Of a stretch of DNA of 64,000 bases, positions 57,685-64,000 are shown piece after piece. The notes under the pieces are model-generated. The model was not told the DNA's origin. It searched no databases and was given only the letters and a program-made list of their open reading frames with translations. Origin of the DNA: an uncultured Desulfatitalea sp. (lineage in GTDB: Bacteria; Desulfobacterota; Desulfobacteria; Desulfobacterales; Desulfosarcinaceae); NCBI GenBank assembly GCA_963668675.2, contig CAXXMB010000001.1:256001-320000 (forward strand), read 5' to 3'. The position numbers and the translations under genes are program-made. The first letter of the stretch is position 1; every line of letters starts with the position of its first letter.

Positions 57685-59667
57685 TCAGGAGCTACTGAAG
57701 GCGCGCGCCAACACATCTTCAGGGACGTGTTCGAGGAAACGGGAGGGTTCATAAAGCAAGGACTGGGTGGCACGATCGTAAATCTGTACCGGATAAGTGA
57801 GATGCAGATGGCGCTCGGCGCGTGTGATGGCGACATACATCAGGCGACGCTCCTCTTCCAGGGCGTCGGCGTCGTCGATGGCGTGGTAGGATGGGAAACG
57901 GCCGTCCAGGGCCCAGATGATAAAAACCGTATCCCACTCGAGACCCTTGGCTGAGTGAATGGTCGACAGCACCAGTCGGTTCTCCTCAGCGCCGGATGCA
58001 GCCAGCCCCTCGCCAACACTGTTGTTGGGAGGGTCCAAAGCCATGTCATCAAGAAAGTCGTCCAACGCTTCATAGCGTTCCACAATCGTTATGAGCTGCT
58101 GCAGGTCGCGCAATCGACGTGGGTGGTCATCGAAGTTCGCTTCAAGGTGGGGGATATAGTACTCCAATACCATCTTTCCCCAACGCGCGAGAGAATAGGG
58201 GGTTGCATCCATGGCGGCGATCAGTTTTTTGAGTCGATCGAGGCCCGCATTCTGCTTTAGTTTTATCGGAGCGCTCAGCAAACCGGTTGGGCCAAGGCCC
58301 TCTTTGATGACGGCCGTGTAGATCCGTTGTGCGGTGGTGGGGCCGATCTTTTCGAGTAGCAGAAGAATTCGGTTCCAGCTCAGACGATCCCGGGGTGCGG
58401 AAAAGATCTTCAGGTGGGCAATGATATCTTTGATATGGGCCGATTCGGTGAACCGGAACCCGCCAACCTTTACATATGGAATGGCGGCGCGGTTCAATTC
58501 CACTTCAAGGTCGAAAGCGTGAAAACTTGCCCTGAAGAGGACGGCGATGCGATCGAGCCGTGTTCCTTCGCTCTGTAGCTTAAGGATTTCTTGGGTCACG
58601 TATTGGGATTGGAGGTTTTCGCTGGAGGTGGCCATCAGGACGGGCAGCTCCCCGCCGCCTCTTTTGGTAAAGAGGCATTTCGAATACTTTTCAGATGCCG
58701 GTTCGATCACATGGTTGGCAAGATCGAGAATCGGTTGGAGACTTCGATAGTTTTCCTCCAGCTTGACCAGTTGCGTCCCAGGAAAACGCTCCGGGAAATC
58801 GATGATGTTTTTATAGTTGGCCCCTCGGAAAGCGTAGATGCTTTGTGCGTCGTCCCCCACGACCATGACGTTATTGTTCTCGCCAGCCAGCAGAGAGACG
58901 ATTTCCGCCTGGATGAAGTTGGTGTCCTGGTATTCATCCACCAGAATATGGGTGTAGGTTGTGGCCAATCGGTGCCGGATGTCGTCGTGCTCCGACAACA
59001 ATCGGTGAAATAAGACCAGCAGGTCATCGAAGTCCAGAAAGTAAAGCTCCTGTTTGCGTCGGCGATACGTCACCCATATCTTGTTGATCACTTCTGTCTG
59101 ATACCCAAAATGTGGGTAGTCTTCATAGATGACCTCTTCCAGGGACGTGTTTTTGTTAACTGCCCTGCTGAAGATGGTGGCAAGAGTAGATTTGCGAGGC
59201 AGGTGCTGCCCCTTATCCGTCGCATTGGTTTCCTTGCGGATGATACCGACAAGGTCTTCGGCGTCGCCGCGATCCAGGATGGAGAACCCCTGATCAAAAC
59301 CGATTTTGGCAGAATATCGGCGCAGAACGCTGTTTGCGAACGAATGAAATGTGCCCCCGGCCACATCATGGCAGCGCCGGTCCAACAGATCGGATGCCCG
59401 TTTGAGCATCTCCTGCGAGGCCTTGCGTGTAAAAGAGAGCAAGAGGATAGAACTGGGGGGGACGCCTTGTTGAACGAGGTGTGCTACCCGATGGGTGAGC
59501 GTTCTTGTCTTTCCACTTCCCGCTCCGGCGATAACGAGCAGCGGTCCTTCGCCGAACGAAACTGCTTCCAGTTGGCCGGCGTTCAGTGTTGTATCGGATA
59601 CGATGCTTTCTCCTGAAGTCGGCAACGGAGTGTGGCGATGGGCCATGATATCTGCGTCCTCAATCAT
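57685..59667 (-). CDS. UvrD/Rep/PcrA family helicase (start uncertain)
   Basis: AGAGSGKT, GTFHS, VDEYQD, GDDAQSIYAFRGA, ENYRS, TIHSAKGLEW and EERRLMYVAITRA. Confidence 0.93.
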   Translation of the reverse strand: MIEDADIMAHRHTPLPTSGESIVSDTTLNAGQLEAVSFGEGPLLVIAGAGSGKTRTLTHRVAHLVQQGVPPSSILLLSFTRKASQEMLKRASDLLDRRCHDVAGGTFHSFANSVLRRYSAKIGFDQGFSILDRGDAEDLVGIIRKETNATDKGQHLPRKSTLATIFSRAVNKNTSLEEVIYEDYPHFGYQTEVINKIWVTYRRRKQELYFLDFDDLLVLFHRLLSEHDDIRHRLATTYTHILVDEYQDTNFIQAEIVSLLAGENNNVMVVGDDAQSIYAFRGANYKNIIDFPERFPGTQLVKLEENYRSLQPILDLANHVIEPASEKYSKCLFTKRGGGELPVLMATSSENLQSQYVTQEILKLQSEGTRLDRIAVLFRASFHAFDLEVELNRAAIPYVKVGGFRFTESAHIKDIIAHLKIFSAPRDRLSWNRILLLLEKIGPTTAQRIYTAVIKEGLGPTGLLSAPIKLKQNAGLDRLKKLIAAMDATPYSLARWGKMVLEYYIPHLEANFDDHPRRLRDLQQLITIVERYEALDDFLDDMALDPPNNSVGEGLAASGAEENRLVLSTIHSAKGLEWDTVFIIWALDGRFPSYHAIDDADALEEERRLMYVAITRAERHLHLTYPVQIYDRATQSLLYEPSRFLEHVPEDVLARAFSSS

Positions 59668-60491
59668 TTTGGTTTTCTATAAGTTGTCATGCCGTCTCTT
59701 TGACATTACCCGGGATATGGTAAACTCACCATAATCCGATCAGACCTATGGATTATTGTGGCGTTTGTCAAGCAGTCACTCTCTCAAGGGAGCTTCACAT
59801 CCAGCGTGTGGATATTTCCGACTGCTTTCACGGAAGAGGCGCCTGCTCAACGGTGAGTGTCGCTCCTGGTTGGATGCTTGATTTTGCTTCTGACACAAAT
59901 ACTGTTATAAAAAAACATAATAATACAATACCTTATAAGGCTACACGTTTTGTGTGCTATCAAAATGATTGTTAAGCGACGGTGTCGATCTATGTTGAAG
60001 ATTGACATGTTCCTCTTCTGGAGTAAATGATTTTGGCGCTCTTATGGGGTGAAGATGCATAATCTCTTTGCAGTTGAAAGTTCGAACCGTGTCTTGGTCG
60101 GGCTGGCGGTTGCAGCGCATCGAAAGGAAAGAAGAGACCATAAAAGAGGGGATGTCTACATCTGTACACGCCATAGGATGGCAACCTGTCGGAAGCATCC
60201 AAAGTTCATGTTTTAACAGAAGAACGGTCCCTTAAGCCCTGTAATTGATAAATATTTATATGGTAGAGCAGTAGGCAGTAAAAAACAAACAAAAGTTCTT
60301 TTTGTTCTCTTTTCTTCCAAATGCTTATCTACAGCGGATGTGCGAAGATTTTATCCTATGTGGTCTTGTAACATATCAAAATAGTGCTACTTTTTTTAAA
60401 AGAAGTTGTTGACAATTCAAAAAGCGTATATTAGGGCTGAATGAAATAGGTGATTTTCGTAAGGAAATTAAAACATTAAGGAGGTAGTAAT

Positions 60492-60908
60492 ATGAAAAAA
60501 GTACAGACCCAGATTAAAGCCATCGCGAAAAACCTTTCGACCCTGGCCACCAAACTCGAAAAGCTGAATACCCAATTGACAGCCCAGCCGGCGAAGAAAG
60601 CACCTGCCAAGAAGAAGGCTGCAGCAAAACCCAAGAAGAAAGTGGCAACCAAGGCCAAGGCGGCCAAGGCAACCAAGGCAACCAAGGCTAAAAAGACTGT
60701 CGCAAAAAAAACAAAAGCCGCTGACAGCAAAGCTACTGTTCTGGACAACGTGCTCGACGTAATATCAAAGAGCCGTAAAGGCGCGACCATCGCCAACCTG
60801 AAGGCCAAGACCAAGTTGGAGTCCCGCCAACTCAGCAATGCACTCTACAAGTTGAGCAAGAAAGGGATGATCAAGACCGTGAGCCGCGGCGTTTACGTCA
60901 AAGCATAG
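60492..60908 (+). CDS. Lys/Ala-rich histone-H1-like protein with a probable C-terminal winged helix
   Basis: N-terminal coiled coil, PAKKAPAKKK/KATKA repeats, LSNALYKL...G.I....RGVY; SD AAGGAGGT. Confidence 0.8.
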   Translation: MKKVQTQIKAIAKNLSTLATKLEKLNTQLTAQPAKKAPAKKKAAAKPKKKVATKAKAAKATKATKAKKTVAKKTKAADSKATVLDNVLDVISKSRKGATIANLKAKTKLESRQLSNALYKLSKKGMIKTVSRGVYVKA

Positions 60909-60995
60909 TCTTTCCTTCTGATGACCAGATTCAGTTCCATGTCACCACATTGCGTGTAGGTGCATTCAAACAAGTTTTTTGTTAATGCACTTTGG

Positions 60996-61041
60996 ACCTT
61001 TCAGCGCCCCTGCCGACGGCAGCGGGCGCTGAAAGGTTTTT
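60996..61041 (+). terminator. Long GC-rich terminator hairpin
   Basis: ACCTTTCAGCGCCC-CTGCCGACGGCAGC-GGGCGCTGAAAGGT-TTTT. Confidence 0.75.
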
Positions 61042-61201
61042 GGAAGTCTGCACACTGCTGTGTCCCGCATCCGCTGTTGTGCCGATGCTGTAGGCCGTGT
61101 CTTACAGGGCAGGGATTTTATGAGATGCTTGCCATCCAAATATCCACACTTATTATTTAGCTGTTGTATAAATGGTATCAGCAAACGAAAAGGACGATTG
61201 T

Positions 61202-64000
61202 ATGGCTTCCTCTGCTATATGGCGTGCTGTTGCAACTGTTGCGATGGCGGTGATGTTGGTCAACGGGTGCACGCATCTGAGCAAGGTCTCATCATCACGG
61301 CAACCGGCCCAAGTGCTGAAACAGCGGCCGGCTTGGCCCCATGGGGGCAGTGATCTGAGACCGGATCCTGATGCATATTTCGGGCGCCTGGACAATGGGT
61401 TCAGGTTTGTGATGAAGGAGAACGCAACACCTCTTAATCGGGTGAGCATGCATCTCTATGTCCAGGTCGGATCCCTTGCCGAATTCGAGGGGGAAGAGGG
61501 GATGGCCCATTTTCTGGAACACATGCTTTTTGACGGGTCGACCCATTTCCCGCCCGGCGAGATGGTCAAGTACTTTCAGCGTATCGGTATGCAGTTCGGC
61601 CCCGATGCAAATGCCCATACCGGATTTGGACAAACGGTTTACGACATCCTGCTTCCTAACGGAGATGCTGAAAGTATTGCCGACGGGCTCCTCGTGCTGG
61701 GAGATTTTGCCGAAGGCGCCCTTCTGCTGCCTGCAGAGGTCGATAAGGAAAAAAAGGTTGTCCTTGCTGAAAAGCGTGCCCGAGACTCTGCGCGCTATCG
61801 CACCCTCCAAGCGACTTTCAATTTTGAGATGCCTGGCAGCTTATTGGCGCAACGGTTCCCTATTGGAACATCCGAGAGCATTCTCGCCTTTGAAGATAAA
61901 CAACTCAGGCGTTTTTACGACACCTGGTACCGCCCTGAACGAATGATTCTGGTGATGGTTGGAGACTTCGATCGCGAAGCTGCCGTGCCGCTCATCAAGG
62001 CGCAATTCGGGGCAATGCAGGCGCGCAGGGAAAAAGCGACGCCGCCCCCGTTCGGGTATTTCAGCCATCGGGGCGTCACAGCATTCCATCACCACGAAAA
62101 GGAGATGGGTGCCACCACCGTGTCCATAGAGACGGTGACCCTGCGGGAGATGACACCGGACAGCGTTGACCGCCAACGCCGGATTCTTTGGGAAGAACTT
62201 GCCAACCAAATGATGCAATGGCGGCTCGACAGGCTTGTCCGTGAGACCGATGGTATGTTGACGCACGCAAGCATCAGTGCCGGGGAGTATCTGCAGCAGA
62301 TCCACTATAGCGAAGTCTCCGCTCAGTGCCGGCCAGAGCATTGGGAGGAGGTGCTGAGGCGCCTGGAAAAGAAGCTGCGGCAGGCCATCGATTTCGGATT
62401 CACCCCTTCGGAATTGACGCGTGCAAAGAGATCCTTGCAGGCCGACTTGAAACGTGAAGTGGATGAGATGAAGACGAGAGAGAGCAGGGAGCTGGCAGAG
62501 CAAATCATGGACAGCTTCAACCAGTGGCAGGTTTTTCAGGATCCCTCCCAACGGAGGAGACTGCTCGACCCGATGATCGAAGAGGTCAAGTTGGCACAGA
62601 TCAACAAAGCGTTTGCCAGCCTTTGGCCGGATCGCCATCGGCTGGTTCTGGTGACAGGCAATGCGGATTTGACCACGACCGGAAAAGCACCTGAAGAGAT
62701 GATCCTTTCATTGTATCACTCGAGTTCTCAAGTGGCTGTCGGTCCGCCGGAAAATGCGGCAGCGCTCTCATTTCCATATCTGGAGACGCCCTCTATCATG
62801 GGAAAGATTAAAAAGAGGGAGAGCGTATCGGATCTGGGGATTGAAAAAGTGCTTTTTGAAAACGGCGTTTCGCTGATCCTGAAGCAAAGCGACTTCAAAG
62901 AGAATGAGGTCAGCGCCGCCATCTCGTTCGGGTTGGGAAAATATAGCGAACCTGCTGATCAACCCGGATTGGCGGTGATGACCGAGGCGGTGATCAATGA
63001 GTCGGGCTTCGGCGGCATGGACCGGAACGATCTTGAAAATGCGCTTGCCGGCCGTTTGGCGGAGATATCTCTGGAGGTTCGGGAAGAGATGTTTGTGATC
63101 AATGGGCAAGCCTCACGTTCGGAACTTCCGTTGCTGTTCCAGTTGTTCCACACAATGGTCAACGATCCCGGTTACCGGACGGAATCACTGGCCTTGGCCC
63201 GAAAGCAGTTCGAGCAGAAGCACCGGTCGATGGTGCACAAGGTGGAAGGACTCATGCAACTGCAGGGGCAACAGTTGCTGGGCGGCGGTGACAGCCGTCT
63301 TGGTTGGCCGGATTGGGAGCAGATTCGGAAAATAGAGCTTGGACAGATCGAGCAGTGGTTCGGTAGTCAAATCGCCAGCTCACCTCTGGAAATCGCCATT
63401 GTAGGAGACTTTCCGATAGACGAAGCGATCCGGTTGGCTGCTCTCTATTTCGGCTCGCTCCCTGCAAGGAGTGAGATGGTGGCTGCGATCCAGAGGCCAG
63501 ACCCTGCCTTCCCCAAAGGCGACTCTTTTTCATTGGTGGCGGATACGGCCATAGAGAGAGGACTTGTTGTGGTTGCCTACCCCACCGATGACTTCTGGGA
63601 GATCGGGAGAACACGGCGTCTGTCGGTGTTGTCCGAAATTTTTTCCGAAAGGCTGCGGGTGCAGGTGCGTGAAAAGCTGGGGGCCTCCTATTCTCCTTAT
63701 ACCTATCACCGCGCCTCTCGCGCCTATCCTGGTTATGGTGTGCTCCAGGCCATGCTTCTGGTGGATCCGGATCGCGTCGAAGACATCGTCCATGAAGTTG
63801 AGTTGATCGCAGCAGAGCTGAGTGCCGGTGGCATCAATGGGGATGAACTTCGCCGTGCTTTGGATCCGACCCTGGTCTCGATCAAAGATATGCGTCGATC
63901 AAATAGCTATTGGCTCAACAGTGTCATGGTTGGCTCGAATCGGCATCCGGTGCAATTGAGCTGGGCGAGGAGCATTGAGCGTGATTATGCCGCAATCAAG
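61202..64000 (+). CDS. M16 family zinc protease (PqqL-like lipoprotein), runs off the window
   Basis: Not in the ORF track. Manual translation gives lipobox-like VNGC, GRLDNG, GMAHFLEHMLF (HxxEH), FGPDANAHT, and late VREKLGASY. Confidence 0.9.
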   Translation, partial: MASSAIWRAVATVAMAVMLVNGCTHLSKVSSSRQPAQVLKQRPAWPHGGSDLRPDPDAYFGRLDNGFRFVMKENATPLNRVSMHLYVQVGSLAEFEGEEGMAHFLEHMLFDGSTHFPPGEMVKYFQRIGMQFGPDANAHTGFGQTVYDILLPNGDAESIADGLLVLGDFAEGALLLPAEVDKEKKVVLAEKRARDSARYRTLQATFNFEMPGSLLAQRFPIGTSESILAFEDKQLRRFYDTWYRPERMILVMVGDFDREAAVPLIKAQFGAMQARREKATPPPFGYFSHRGVTAFHHHEKEMGATTVSIETVTLREMTPDSVDRQRRILWEELANQMMQWRLDRLVRETDGMLTHASISAGEYLQQIHYSEVSAQCRPEHWEEVLRRLEKKLRQAIDFGFTPSELTRAKRSLQADLKREVDEMKTRESRELAEQIMDSFNQWQVFQDPSQRRRLLDPMIEEVKLAQINKAFASLWPDRHRLVLVTGNADLTTTGKAPEEMILSLYHSSSQVAVGPPENAAALSFPYLETPSIMGKIKKRESVSDLGIEKVLFENGVSLILKQSDFKENEVSAAISFGLGKYSEPADQPGLAVMTEAVINESGFGGMDRNDLENALAGRLAEISLEVREEMFVINGQASRSELPLLFQLFHTMVNDPGYRTESLALARKQFEQKHRSMVHKVEGLMQLQGQQLLGGGDSRLGWPDWEQIRKIELGQIEQWFGSQIASSPLEIAIVGDFPIDEAIRLAALYFGSLPARSEMVAAIQRPDPAFPKGDSFSLVADTAIERGLVVVAYPTDDFWEIGRTRRLSVLSEIFSERLRVQVREKLGASYSPYTYHRASRAYPGYGVLQAMLLVDPDRVEDIVHEVELIAAELSAGGINGDELRRALDPTLVSIKDMRRSNSYWLNSVMVGSNRHPVQLSWARSIERDYAAIK

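Noticed and set aside
61841..62638. Minus-strand ORFs in 61.3-63.8 kb
   Set aside because: Shadows of the plus-strand M16 protease, which the track omitted because it has no stop codon in the window.

Overview
Chromosomal window from a GC-rich anaerobe; gene content suggests a Desulfobacterota/Desulfobacterales-like organism (inference). Left to right: (1) a minus-strand ECF-type Ni/Co uptake operon (LbtU-like porin, DUF4198, split NikL-like pair, cbiM, cbiQ, cbiO) behind a terminator-like leader; (2) a dialkylresorcinol-type locus (darA, darB, ABC exporter) interrupted by a 192-nt nested hairpin; (3) a lipoprotein and a sigma54-driven orphan PstS-like binding protein; (4) a cobalamin riboswitch controlling btuCDF plus anaerobic corrin synthesis genes (cbiL, Gate protein, cbiA, C, D, ET, F, G, H, cobO, cobQ, cobD, cbiB); (5) a soluble signalling cluster with 17 PAS domains; (6) an unusual ParA / small RHH-like protein / short Rho module with an operator-like repeat array; (7) housekeeping genes: nitronate monooxygenase/FabK-like, GerMN, a divergent EF-G, M48-TPR protease, parAB, NYN RNase, DUF3842, CooT, IspH-UbiA fusion, Smr, tRNA-Ala(GGC), PpiD, PiT/DUF47, UvrD-like helicase, an H1-like basic winged-helix protein and a truncated M16 protease. 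No CRISPR array, prophage or transposase was seen. All family calls come from reading motifs by eye, with no database search.
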